Assembly: GCA_016840165.1 (NCBI GenBank)
Contig: JAEOSU010000072.1
Span: 160,001-224,000, forward strand
Source of the DNA: Promethearchaeota archaeon
GTDB taxonomy: Archaea > Asgardarchaeota > Lokiarchaeia > Sigyniarchaeales > SOKP01
Direction: 5' to 3'
Length of the DNA: 64,000 nt
The notes below the pieces were generated by a model that had not been told where the DNA came from, made no database searches, and saw nothing but the letters and a program-made list of their open reading frames with translations. Shown here in pieces: positions 10,041 through 19,990 of this stretch (position 1 is the stretch's first letter; each line of letters starts with the position of its first letter). Both the position numbers and the translations under genes were made by a program.

Positions 10041-11126
10041 ATGGTCTATAATATATTTACCATACCAGTAACCCTTTTTTTTATTGCAAATGGATTTGGG
10101 CAATTATATTATGGATATAAATTAAAACGTAAATATCCCGCATATCATAATTTCTATAATACAATAGCAATTTGTATATTATGGATTATTGCGGGAGTGC
10201 TATATCCATTGTTTTATGAGAGAGATTTTTTTAATGTAAGGTATTTTGAATGGCTCTCCTTTACAATTATTTGCATCTATGCCCCCCTCTTGATAATATT
10301 TATTCTTTTATATGAGTATATATTTGTTATTAAAAAAAATCCTGAAAAAAAGAAAGATCGCAATTTTGAACAATTTTTTAGTTCATTTAATGATTCAAAT
10401 ACAACTTTTTGTGAGGGAGAAGGACATTCATTTAATACTGACGTCCATAGGAAAATATTTCATTTATTACCAGCAATCTTGATTATTTTTTTATGGCTGT
10501 TTGCGATATATATCTGGGAAGGATTATGGAGTGCAGACTTATTTTGGGGCATTAGCGGACATGAGTATGGGATATTTTTAATTTTAACTGTCGGATATAC
10601 TGCAATTTTTATCTTTGCGGCATTAGATTATGTGAGACTATCATATATTTTTCAAAAAAAGAGTTTATATCATCTTATTCCTCAGGGTGTATCAAATTTA
10701 CTTATTAAGACTTTAAAAAGAGAAGAAAATTGTGAATTTACTAAACCTGTTGCTTTAATTTTGTCATTAGTACCCATCTTTTTTTGGGCTCCATTTAGTA
10801 TTTTTACAGCAGCTGCATTAATTGCGAGTTTAGGAGATGGAGCAGCCTCACTTATAGGTCTAAAATTCGGAAAGTATCATTTTCCAAAAAAAAGTACGAA
10901 AACATTAATAGGGTATTTTAGTGGATTTATCGTTTCATTTATGACTTCAGTATTTGTGTTTTGGTTATTTGAAACTTCTATTATGTGGGAAGGTATTTTG
11001 ATACTTGCTTTTGGAGGAGCTTTAGGTTTCCTTCTCGTTGATTTGATAAGTCTAAAATTTGATGATAATATCCTCAATCCGATTGTTAGTGCATTGATTA
11101 TGTTGATTATTTATATTATTATTTAA
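10041..11126 (+). CDS. CTP-dependent isoprenoid alcohol / lipid kinase (dolichol/phytol kinase family), membrane protein
   Basis: DVHRKIFH, GDGAASLIGLKFG, KTLIG and DDN motifs; multiple TM helices. Confidence 0.8.
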   Translation: MVYNIFTIPVTLFFIANGFGQLYYGYKLKRKYPAYHNFYNTIAICILWIIAGVLYPLFYERDFFNVRYFEWLSFTIICIYAPLLIIFILLYEYIFVIKKNPEKKKDRNFEQFFSSFNDSNTTFCEGEGHSFNTDVHRKIFHLLPAILIIFLWLFAIYIWEGLWSADLFWGISGHEYGIFLILTVGYTAIFIFAALDYVRLSYIFQKKSLYHLIPQGVSNLLIKTLKREENCEFTKPVALILSLVPIFFWAPFSIFTAAALIASLGDGAASLIGLKFGKYHFPKKSTKTLIGYFSGFIVSFMTSVFVFWLFETSIMWEGILILAFGGALGFLLVDLISLKFDDNILNPIVSALIMLIIYIII

Positions 11127-11143
11127 TCAACATGTTTCTTATA

Positions 11144-14077
11144 TCAGAAAAAGGAATCCATCTTCTTTATCCCTTTAATCTCTTCAAATGTAATTCCAAG
11201 CGCATCTAAGACTTGTTCAAGAGCAGATCGAAGCAATTCTTTATACTTAGGAATATCAATGTCTTGAAGTTTTGCGATTTCTATTGCTTTCGCACCAACA
11301 CTGTCCTTACTTTTAATCAATCGAATGGTATCACCTTTTTGATATTCTCTACCCGTTATATTCTGAAGTTCTATAGCAGCTCTTACATGTTGAGGCATTG
11401 TCTTAGTATAATTGCTAATTTTTTTTTGCATGGAAATGTTGATTGCATAATCTTCTAACGGAAATGCATCAGGGTTTCCTATTTTTTTCAGATTTTCACG
11501 TACAATCTGAATAATTTGCTGCTTTGCTTGTAAGAACTCACTATTATTTGTTATATTTCTTAAAATTCTGAGCATTTGATTAAAGACTTTTTTAATAAAA
11601 TCGGGTGTGTTTTTCTTTTTTGCAAGCAAGCCCTTTATATCGACATATTTAGTATCTTTATAGATTCCTACGTAATTTTTCTTTCGCTGAGAGAGTGCTA
11701 AGAATTGATATGTTTTTTCCTCTTCTAGATCCAAATCCAATTCTTTTTTGCTCCAATCGGAAATCTCTTTTAGTTGCTCTCCCGAAGGGTTTGCTAGAAA
11801 TACGCTGTCGGTATCTCCATAGAGCACTTGCACGCCTATCTCCTCAGCTTTCCGAATAGTCTGTTTAATAGAATATTGTCCAATTCCTGTGGTGCTTTCC
11901 GCTACTGGTAAACAAAATAGGGGAAAGTTTTGACTACCGAATACACCATAAGAACCGTTGATGAATACTTTAAGAGCTTGTTGGATTGTGTGATAATAAC
12001 TTCGTTGTTTCTCAGATAACGATTTATCACTTGATTTTGGTTTGAAATATTTAACTCTGATATCGCGGAAAAAACCTACAACGTAAGCAAAAATACCCAT
12101 TTTGTGGGTACATATATAATACGGCGTACCTCTTACGAGATTATCTTTATCATCATTATGGGGACATAATACTGTTTCATATGAGAGATTGTATTCTTTG
12201 ATAATTGAAGGGTATAGTGATGAAAAATCCATAACCACTACATCAAAATGGATACCAGGGACCGGAGTTACCACGTATGCTCCTTGAAATTTCTCATCAT
12301 TAGCTTTAGACATCATTAATCCTCCTTTCTTCATCTCAGAAATTTCAGATCGGCGTGGAATGAGTAAATTTTTCCTACGATGCTCAAAATAAAAAATATT
12401 TTGAATCCATGTCGAGATTTGCCTTCTAACCATTTCATGAATCGGCATTTTTGTTATGCGGCATAGGAGTATAATTAAATTCCACACTAATGAATTGTTA
12501 AACTGAGTTAATTCTAAGGTTAAAATGGAATCTTTTAAATTATACCATGAAAGTATTCCATATTTCATTTCATGGATTTCCTCTTCATGTTCATATTTCT
12601 TTTTTCCTAATAATGCAGCACTTATGGCATTTAATGAAGCACTACGATACGCTCCACTAAAGGCATACCCTGAAATACTTCGATTAAAGAAAAAATTGAA
12701 AACATCGATATGAATGCCTTTCCGTAAATCACATTCTGCTTTTGATAAGATTCCAAAACCTCTTTTCACTTGAATCGGGTTTAAATCTTTGTCTATTCTT
12801 AACTTTTCTGCACGATGATAGATATAATTCAGATCAAAATTATCTCCATTGAAAGTTATAACAACGGGATATTCCCAGAGAATTCTAAAAGTTTCAGTCA
12901 AGAGTTCTTTTTCTGAAGTGAAGAAATACAGTTCTGCATCGGATGGAAAGTCTTCATGAAGTTTCTTAAAAGTAAAACCTTCACGTTCCAAGACATATAC
13001 CCGTTTTAAGCCATCAGTTGCGACAAAGGAGACACTGATGACTTCTTGTTGCGCTAATCTTGCATCTGGAACACGGTAATCATGTTCTCCTATACTTACT
13101 TCAATATCCATGGCTAGACGCTTAACATCGGGGATAGGAGTAAGAAAGATATCTAAAAACTTTTCTGCGAATTCTATGATTTCTGGTTCTTCGTTTCCAA
13201 AGATCGCACGAAGTTCTCCAGCTAATTTTTTTGATTCTTCATTAATTTCTTCATAATCGATCTTTTGAATCTTACCTTTCTGAATACTATAAATTAACCC
13301 GGGAATTAATTGTGTATCAAAGATGTAGTTTAAATGATAGCGGATATCTGCCTCCCAAGCTTTTAAATCATTTCTCTCTAATATGCTACGAATATTTATC
13401 CCTGACCCGCCGATATCTGAAGGTGTTTTTCCATAGATTTTAGTTAAATCTACTTCTTTATCACTAAGTAAATCGTAGCGTTTTATCGATTCGAATCTAT
13501 TAAATCCAGAATATTCTACTAATTTTTTTTCTTTTTCAAAATCTCCAATTTTATCAACGAATTTAAGATTTTCCAAGATAGAAATATCAGTTTCTTTACT
13601 TAAGCAATAAGGTTCATGATTTGTAGTATCAATCCATATTTTGATATCATGCTGTTCTAAATCATAAAATTTACAGTAGGCTTTATTTTGACCACCATCG
13701 TAATCAACATCAAGAAGTAACCCTCTTTTGAGATTCTGTATAATCTCTCCTTTAGTTATAAGGTAACGAAGATACTTAGAACTTAGCGATTCTCGTTTGA
13801 CTTTTTTTAAGGTAATATCTCCTTCTTTTAAGCCGAAGTTGTATTCTTGCTTATTAAAATATAGTTTTTCAGGAACTTTAGTAGGGCTTTGTTTTGATTG
13901 AGTTTCTGATGTTGAGCTAGATGCGGTTTCTATTTCTAGCTCTTCTTCATCAATTATTAATCCTTCATCCCTAATTTCAACTTTTGGTTTAGCTTTTTTG
14001 GATTCTGGTTTATTTGGCTCCATATAGGAGAAAAGAGATTTTTGTTTTTCATCAGATTCTTTCTTTTTTTTTGCCAC
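11144..14077 (-). CDS. polB1: Family B DNA polymerase, PolB1-type
   Basis: ExoI DIEV, ExoII FNGDNFD, ExoIII YNLKD; motif A DFSSLYPS; motif B QQALKVFINGSYG; motif C YGDTDS. LLDVDYDG..KAYCKFYD N-terminal segment as in crenarchaeal PolB1. GTG start. Confidence 0.9.
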   Translation of the reverse strand: MAKKKKESDEKQKSLFSYMEPNKPESKKAKPKVEIRDEGLIIDEEELEIETASSSTSETQSKQSPTKVPEKLYFNKQEYNFGLKEGDITLKKVKRESLSSKYLRYLITKGEIIQNLKRGLLLDVDYDGGQNKAYCKFYDLEQHDIKIWIDTTNHEPYCLSKETDISILENLKFVDKIGDFEKEKKLVEYSGFNRFESIKRYDLLSDKEVDLTKIYGKTPSDIGGSGINIRSILERNDLKAWEADIRYHLNYIFDTQLIPGLIYSIQKGKIQKIDYEEINEESKKLAGELRAIFGNEEPEIIEFAEKFLDIFLTPIPDVKRLAMDIEVSIGEHDYRVPDARLAQQEVISVSFVATDGLKRVYVLEREGFTFKKLHEDFPSDAELYFFTSEKELLTETFRILWEYPVVITFNGDNFDLNYIYHRAEKLRIDKDLNPIQVKRGFGILSKAECDLRKGIHIDVFNFFFNRSISGYAFSGAYRSASLNAISAALLGKKKYEHEEEIHEMKYGILSWYNLKDSILTLELTQFNNSLVWNLIILLCRITKMPIHEMVRRQISTWIQNIFYFEHRRKNLLIPRRSEISEMKKGGLMMSKANDEKFQGAYVVTPVPGIHFDVVVMDFSSLYPSIIKEYNLSYETVLCPHNDDKDNLVRGTPYYICTHKMGIFAYVVGFFRDIRVKYFKPKSSDKSLSEKQRSYYHTIQQALKVFINGSYGVFGSQNFPLFCLPVAESTTGIGQYSIKQTIRKAEEIGVQVLYGDTDSVFLANPSGEQLKEISDWSKKELDLDLEEEKTYQFLALSQRKKNYVGIYKDTKYVDIKGLLAKKKNTPDFIKKVFNQMLRILRNITNNSEFLQAKQQIIQIVRENLKKIGNPDAFPLEDYAINISMQKKISNYTKTMPQHVRAAIELQNITGREYQKGDTIRLIKSKDSVGAKAIEIAKLQDIDIPKYKELLRSALEQVLDALGITFEEIKGIKKMDSFF

Positions 14078-14286
14078 GGCTTTAGACCCGATTTATAATA
14101 CTTTTCATTAATCTATTTATTATTATTATAATATTAATTTTAATCTCAACTATTTCGAGTTTAATATAAAAGAAATTAAAAGTATAATATGTTTCTTTAT
14201 TATCTCTAATTTATCTGAAGTAAAATTAATTAATATAGGATTGGTAATAAGAATTAGAAAGGATAAATGCATCTAATTTAAGCAAG

Positions 14287-14643
14287 TTAGCATTTACCTT
14301 GATGTTCTTCTAAAACATTGTTAATTTCTTCTAAGAGGAGTTGTTTCTCGGCAATAAAGAAGTGTAATTTACTTTTTTCTGGATGTTCACTGTAAATTGT
14401 CCCTGCGAGTTCCTTTATTTCTTCCTCAGTTGGTTGGATAAGTTCTCCATTCACATTTTCATTTAACAATAAAACAAGGTTGTCTGTTTCCAATGGTTTG
14501 ATATCATAACCATTTTTTATATTTTTATTTATTTTCACGCAAAGTTCTGCAAGATACCACACACTTTTTCCATAATCTTCTCCAGATTTATATCTCTGGT
14601 ACGCTAAGATTTCTACATCCTCTTTTGTAAACAATTTTTTCAT
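14287..14643 (-). CDS. Hypothetical protein with two DUF2934-like helical repeats
   Basis: Internal duplication EDVEILAYQRY...WYLAEL / EEIKELAGTIY...FFIAEKQL; GGAG SD upstream. Confidence 0.55.
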   Translation of the reverse strand: MKKLFTKEDVEILAYQRYKSGEDYGKSVWYLAELCVKINKNIKNGYDIKPLETDNLVLLLNENVNGELIQPTEEEIKELAGTIYSEHPEKSKLHFFIAEKQLLLEEINNVLEEHQGKC

Positions 14644-14793
14644 CCAACTCCAATAATAATTAGTATTTAATTAAACTAAAGAAAAGTAAGCATTTAATTA
14701 TTTGTATGAATATTGTTCGATGTCAAAACCACAAAATTAATAACAAATTCACTTTTAATATCATATAATTTAGCATTGAATTTTAAATCCCGA

Positions 14794-14923
14794 GCCTCCG
14801 TGGCTTAGCGGTATAGCAGCAGACACAGATTATTAATTTAATCTTGCTGTATTTGTAATCTGCAGGTCGTGGGTTCAAAAGTTTAAAATTTCGAATTTTG
14901 GACTGAAAATCCCACCGGGGGCT
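14794..14923 (+). tRNA. tRNA-Thr(UGU) with two introns (14825-14852 at position 32/33; 14880-14909 at position 59/60)
   Basis: Acceptor GCCTCCG/CGGGGGC with discriminator T; D-arm GCTT-AGCGGTA-TAGC; anticodon stem GCAGA/TCTGC with spliced loop CTTGTAA (anticodon 14854-14856); T-arm GTGGG-TTCAAAT-CCCAC. Both introns fold into bulge-helix-bulge motifs. Spliced length 72 nt, CCA not encoded. Confidence 0.92.
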
Positions 14924-15033
14924 CTTTATCATTAATTAAGTACATAGAATCATCATAGATATCATACTAATTATTTCTTATTCCAAAAATAAAAACACCT
15001 TAAATTTGATAAACTTTAAGGAGTACTTGTCTA

Positions 15034-16617
15034 ATGAATAGCGTTAATAGAATTATTTATTGTATTATCGACGATGTAAGATCGGATCAATTTTTTCAGT
15101 TAATTGAAAAAGATTGGCTACCAAATTTTAAAATATTCTATGAAGAAGGTATTTTTTCGAAAAATTGCGTTACTGATTTCCCAGCTGTCACTTATCCGAC
15201 TCATGTATCTATGATTACAGGGACACATACAGGTAATTATCAAGAAGAATTATGTCATGGAGTTCCATTATTTAATTGGATGGAACGTGCAGTTGCTCCT
15301 CCTTTTTTTCGATCTTATGATACCGTTGGGTCTGATGAGTGGATTCAAATATATAAAATGAATGAAGATATAGGTAAAAATTGCCAAACAATATTGGAAA
15401 TGATTAAGGAAGGAAATAAGGCAAGTATCCTGCAGTTTATAAATAGAGGTGCCGATTATTTTTACCCCGAAACGAAAATAAAATTAATATTTTATTATTT
15501 ACTTCTTAAAAATTCAAGAAAGGTTGAAAAATATCTCTATCGCATGAATAACATAGCTATTCAAAATTTAATAGATACTTTTAAGCATCCAAAAAAGTAT
15601 TTTGAGAGCAATGAGCCGCCTATCGCAAGTTTGCTCTGGTTTGTGTCACCAGATATTCTTTTACATTTATATGGCTCGAAATCTAAACAATATCTCCTTA
15701 ATATGAGGCATATAGATACGGTTTTTGGATTCATGCTAAAGAAACTTAAGCAAATGGGTTATTTAGATGATACAGCTATCGCGGTCGCCTCTGACCATGG
15801 AAATTACGCTGTCAAAACCTTTGGTAATCTCTCAAATTTCATTCAAAAATATAAGCTTTATAACTACCATCCCCGAAAGAATGTGAAGGGAACTATTAAC
15901 TTTACAAAGTTTGGAGGAATAGGTTTTATCAATGTAAAACCTAGAGATTGTTATTCAAAATCATATTGGAATCTTCCACAAGTAAAAGATCTAGAAATAT
16001 ATGGTCCTAAAAGAATTAATTTGCTTTCTGAACTTTTTAAAATCCAAGGCTGTGAATTAATGTACTATAAAGACGATAATAATCGTGATGATAAGGGAAT
16101 TATCCACTTAAAGAGAAAAATTAAAAATTCGGGCCAAATAATTTCAGGGTATCTGGAATATCGTAGACAAGGAAAAGATTTTCAGATAAAATACTATAAT
16201 GAAAGTCAAAATCACGATATATTTGGTTACGATAAGAATGAAAATTCCTCTAGATTGATAGATAATAAATTTCACACTCCTGAAGAATGGTTAGAAAACA
16301 CTTTTCATGTAAATTATCCTTGTTATCCGGAACTAATCTCAAGGCACTTTAAAAACCCACGTGGGGGTGATATAGTTATAAGTACTAAAGGTTCTGTGGT
16401 ATATAATATTGCACATGGAAAACAAGAAGATACAAGTCCTTATGTACATGACTTAGGGTTAAGAAATTGCTCTATTGTTCCATTACTAATTGGAGGCGCA
16501 AAAGAAATCCCTCATGAGGAAATAAAGTTCTGCAAAACCGTTGATATAGTTCCCACCTTATTAAATATGATTCATATTAAGCCACATGAAAGTACGATGG
16601 GCCATAGTGTAATTTAA
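15034..16617 (+). CDS. Alkaline phosphatase superfamily, nucleotide pyrophosphatase/phosphodiesterase-like
   Basis: IIDDVR metal ligand, FPAVTYPTH Thr nucleophile, PDILLH, ASDHG, C-terminal VDIVPTLL. Confidence 0.82.
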   Translation: MNSVNRIIYCIIDDVRSDQFFQLIEKDWLPNFKIFYEEGIFSKNCVTDFPAVTYPTHVSMITGTHTGNYQEELCHGVPLFNWMERAVAPPFFRSYDTVGSDEWIQIYKMNEDIGKNCQTILEMIKEGNKASILQFINRGADYFYPETKIKLIFYYLLLKNSRKVEKYLYRMNNIAIQNLIDTFKHPKKYFESNEPPIASLLWFVSPDILLHLYGSKSKQYLLNMRHIDTVFGFMLKKLKQMGYLDDTAIAVASDHGNYAVKTFGNLSNFIQKYKLYNYHPRKNVKGTINFTKFGGIGFINVKPRDCYSKSYWNLPQVKDLEIYGPKRINLLSELFKIQGCELMYYKDDNNRDDKGIIHLKRKIKNSGQIISGYLEYRRQGKDFQIKYYNESQNHDIFGYDKNENSSRLIDNKFHTPEEWLENTFHVNYPCYPELISRHFKNPRGGDIVISTKGSVVYNIAHGKQEDTSPYVHDLGLRNCSIVPLLIGGAKEIPHEEIKFCKTVDIVPTLLNMIHIKPHESTMGHSVI

Positions 16618-16647
16618 TTATTAATTGGAAGAAATAAAAGCTAAGGG

Positions 16648-17754
16648 TTATTTTTCTGAAAACTTTTTGGGAGGGATAAACACATCCCTCGGACCCAATC
16701 GCTCTAAATTAATTGCTTGTTCAGGGCAATGATGTGCACAAACACCACATCCAATACATTTTGTTTCATCAATTACTGCGATGTCATCAACTAAATCAAT
16801 TGCTTCTACTGGGCATTTCTGCTCACAAGTACCACAGCCAATACAATCTTCATCGGAAATTCTTGCAATATAGGAAGTTATGGTATGTAGCGGCATAACT
16901 CCTCGATAATACATCTGAAATGGCCCACAGCAGCATTTACAGCAATTACAGATCGCTTCAATATTATTTTTTGTATCTAGATGTACATGAAAGACCTTAT
17001 GGACTAAACCGTAATCCTCTGCCTCTTGAAAGATCTTTAGCGCATCTTCTTTAGAGATTTTTTGACCAAAATTCTGTTCGATAACAAACTGAGCACTTTT
17101 GTCAAAGAAAAAACAATTTTGTTTAGGTGCATTTAATTTACATGGATCATCCACTAGCTCTTTTTCAGTTCTACAATAACAATTTGAAACTGCAATATTA
17201 TCATAGTTGTTTAGTATTATTTTGATCTCTTCATATGGCATAACACTTTCAGTCCCAGGTTCAATTTGCTCTTCCACAGGTACGATTCTATCAAGAGCTG
17301 GTAAAGTTCTAAATTGTTCAATTATCGTGTCGTAATTTTTCTGAGTACCTTCTTTTAATTCTTCGAAAATTTCTTCAAAGAGATGAGCCTTTTTCCGATT
17401 TTTCTCCGTATTTCCACCTCGTAAAAATTGGTATTCAAATAAACCGGGCCACATAGGTAATAACCGATAAACCATAATACCTGTCGTTCGACTTGGAACC
17501 CCAACAATTACCCCTTGTTTCATCAGATCATTCAGTATTTCATGGATTTTGCTTAGACCTAATTTTGTTTTTTCCTTAATTTGTTCCAGATTCATAGTCT
17601 GTGTTTTAAAATTCAAAATAAATTGTGCTTGCTCTTCCGTCATGATGAGCTTTAATAATTCTATCACCGTAGAACTAATAGGCATAGGCATTTTACCAAC
17701 TTTCGCAATTGTTCTCGCGGCACGATACCATAACTTTTCAGACTGTTCTGACAT
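16648..17754 (-). CDS. Fe-S protein: N-terminal winged-helix-like region, Cys-rich core and C-terminal 2[4Fe-4S] ferredoxin domain
   Basis: CIGCGTCEQKCP and CIGCGVCAHHCP; CYCR; ICNCCKCCC. Start placed at ATG 17754 (MSEQSEK); the ORF track opens at 17790. Confidence 0.82.
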   Translation of the reverse strand: MSEQSEKLWYRAARTIAKVGKMPMPISSTVIELLKLIMTEEQAQFILNFKTQTMNLEQIKEKTKLGLSKIHEILNDLMKQGVIVGVPSRTTGIMVYRLLPMWPGLFEYQFLRGGNTEKNRKKAHLFEEIFEELKEGTQKNYDTIIEQFRTLPALDRIVPVEEQIEPGTESVMPYEEIKIILNNYDNIAVSNCYCRTEKELVDDPCKLNAPKQNCFFFDKSAQFVIEQNFGQKISKEDALKIFQEAEDYGLVHKVFHVHLDTKNNIEAICNCCKCCCGPFQMYYRGVMPLHTITSYIARISDEDCIGCGTCEQKCPVEAIDLVDDIAVIDETKCIGCGVCAHHCPEQAINLERLGPRDVFIPPKKFSEK

Positions 17755-17858
17755 TTTTCCCCAACCTTTAAATATATAGGTAAAAATCAAACAAGTATAT
17801 TATTAAAATTAGCTATTTCATAAAAAAATTGCGCAAATTCTGTTAAGGAATATACGTG

Positions 17859-18284
17859 TTATAAAGGATTCTTAACAAGGAAATAAACATCATTAGAACC
17901 GCATTTAGGACATGTAGTTTTACTGTCTTGGGTTGCTTGAGGATCCTCCCATTCATACTCGCAACTTAAACATCCATAACCTAAAAATGGCTTTTTTAAA
18001 TTAACATTTCCACCAAAAATATTGATATTTTTTCCTTCTACAAATGCTTGAGTTACTTTCTGATGAGCACTTTCTAAAATCCTAGAAAAAGTTGGTTGAG
18101 ATACACCCATTTTATCTGCAGAATCTTTTTGGGTCAATGAAACGTAATGTTTAAGTCTCATTGCTTCAAATTCGGCTACTGTAAGCACAACTGACGCTTC
18201 ATATAATGGATCTTCTATACGTCGAATGAAATAAAAATTACTCGGCGGATTTTTCACAAATCGCATTCTTGTTCTGCGTCCCAT
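17859..18284 (-). CDS. DUF134 (UPF0251) HTH protein with C-terminal zinc ribbon
   Basis: LTVAEFEAMRL..LTQKDSADKMGVSQPTFSRILESAHQK; CLSC...CPKCGS. Confidence 0.85.
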   Translation of the reverse strand: MGRRTRMRFVKNPPSNFYFIRRIEDPLYEASVVLTVAEFEAMRLKHYVSLTQKDSADKMGVSQPTFSRILESAHQKVTQAFVEGKNINIFGGNVNLKKPFLGYGCLSCEYEWEDPQATQDSKTTCPKCGSNDVYFLVKNPL

Positions 18285-18495
18285 TTAACATCAAATCAAA
18301 GTGTTATCCGATAATACCTTTTATTAATAATAATCATTCACAAATTATTATAATTTATTGCTTATAAATAAAAGGTATTTAGGACGATTTCTGGTTTATT
18401 CCGATAGAATACACCGAATAAATGCATCACATATAAAAAGCTTAAAGTCTAATTAATATCTAATTTCAATTTTAATTATAAATGAGGATATTTTC

Positions 18496-19899
18496 ATGGC
18501 AAAAACTGAGGATATGATTCAAACTTCGAAATTAAATATGGCTTCCTATGGATTTGGGAAATTATTGAATGAATTTTTGGATATGGCTTTTGTCTCTTAC
18601 TCTTTTTTCTATTACGAGCGAGCTTTAGGTTTAGAGTCCTTACTAGTCGGTTTAGGGTTCCTTATCTTTGCTGTATACAATGCGATTAACGATCCTTTAG
18701 TTGGGTATTTAACCAATCGTCCATTTAAATTTACAAAAAAATGGGGACGCAGAAAACCATGGATAATTATTGGTGGAGCATTATGGCTAACAAGTTACCT
18801 TTTAATATTTACACCACCAACAAGAGATCCAATAGGGGGTACATGGATATTATTTGCATGGTTACTTTTTTCTACGTGTATATATGATACATTCAGTTCG
18901 ATTTTTTTTGTGAATTTTTCTTCTCTATTTCCTGATAAATGGCGTTCTGTTAAGTCACGTAGATTAGCAACAGGGATTCAAACTCCTATAGGTGTCTTTG
19001 GAGTTGCTCTTGGTGCTCTTATTCCCCCATTAATTATAACTGATAATTCTAATGCTGATTTATATCTCATTCAAGCTGGTTTATTGGTTATAATTGGATT
19101 TGTTGTATTAGGGATTTCAATTCCAGGTTATAAGGAAGACCAGAGATACATCGATTCCTATCTTGCCAGTTATGATGAGGAACAGCGTGAATTAAAATTC
19201 TTCAAATCATTAAGAGAGGCACTTAAAGTAAAATCCTTTAGGGTATTCATTATCAGCTATACACTCTATAGATGTTTAGTTATTTCGATGCAAGCTTCTA
19301 TACCTTATGTCGTAGAATTCATATTGAAAGAAGTAACTTTAATTCAAACTCTATTATCAGCAGCATTTTTAGTTGGAGCGTTAATTTCTTCTCCATTATG
19401 GGCATTCATAGCACAAAAGACAAATAATAATAAAAGAACTATGTTAATCGGTAGTATATTAATGACAGTTTTTACATTTCCATTTTTCTTTTATAATACT
19501 ATAACACTAATGTTCATTGGATTCTTATTTTTTGGTTTTGGTTTAGGCAGTTATTGGACATTAATTTCAGCTGTTCTAGCTGATATAATTGATGAATCGG
19601 TGGTAAAATACGAAAAACGAGAAGAAGGCATCTATAATGGTTTTCTACAATTCTTTGGACGTCTAGGGTTATTATTTCAAGTCGTAATATTTGCGCTAGT
19701 TCATTCTCTTACTAATTTACAGGAAGGACAAGGTCATGTAGGCCAACCAGAATCCGCATTTTTCGGTGTGTTGCTTCACTTTTCCTTAATTCCAGCGATA
19801 GTAATGCTAATAGGTACGCTAATCTTTTGGAAATACTATAAACTTACTCCAGATATAGTAACTCAAAATCAATTGAAGGTAAAAGAATTAGGATTATAA
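18496..19899 (+). CDS. MFS transporter, glycoside-pentoside-hexuronide (MelB-like) family
   Basis: YNAINDPLVGYL, KWGRRKPW, ADIIDE...REEGIY; about 12 TM helices. Confidence 0.88.
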   Translation: MAKTEDMIQTSKLNMASYGFGKLLNEFLDMAFVSYSFFYYERALGLESLLVGLGFLIFAVYNAINDPLVGYLTNRPFKFTKKWGRRKPWIIIGGALWLTSYLLIFTPPTRDPIGGTWILFAWLLFSTCIYDTFSSIFFVNFSSLFPDKWRSVKSRRLATGIQTPIGVFGVALGALIPPLIITDNSNADLYLIQAGLLVIIGFVVLGISIPGYKEDQRYIDSYLASYDEEQRELKFFKSLREALKVKSFRVFIISYTLYRCLVISMQASIPYVVEFILKEVTLIQTLLSAAFLVGALISSPLWAFIAQKTNNNKRTMLIGSILMTVFTFPFFFYNTITLMFIGFLFFGFGLGSYWTLISAVLADIIDESVVKYEKREEGIYNGFLQFFGRLGLLFQVVIFALVHSLTNLQEGQGHVGQPESAFFGVLLHFSLIPAIVMLIGTLIFWKYYKLTPDIVTQNQLKVKELGL

Positions 19900-19990
19900 T
19901 CTCTAAATTTAAAAATCAAAATTTTTAACTCCTATTTTTTTTATTCAGCTTTTTCGCAATTTTAAAGTTCAAATCATCATTTGAACTCAT

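Noticed and set aside
14794-16617. Integrated element at the tRNA-Thr gene
   Set aside because: I found no integrase and no duplicated tRNA 3' end (att site) in the window; flanking genes look chromosomal.
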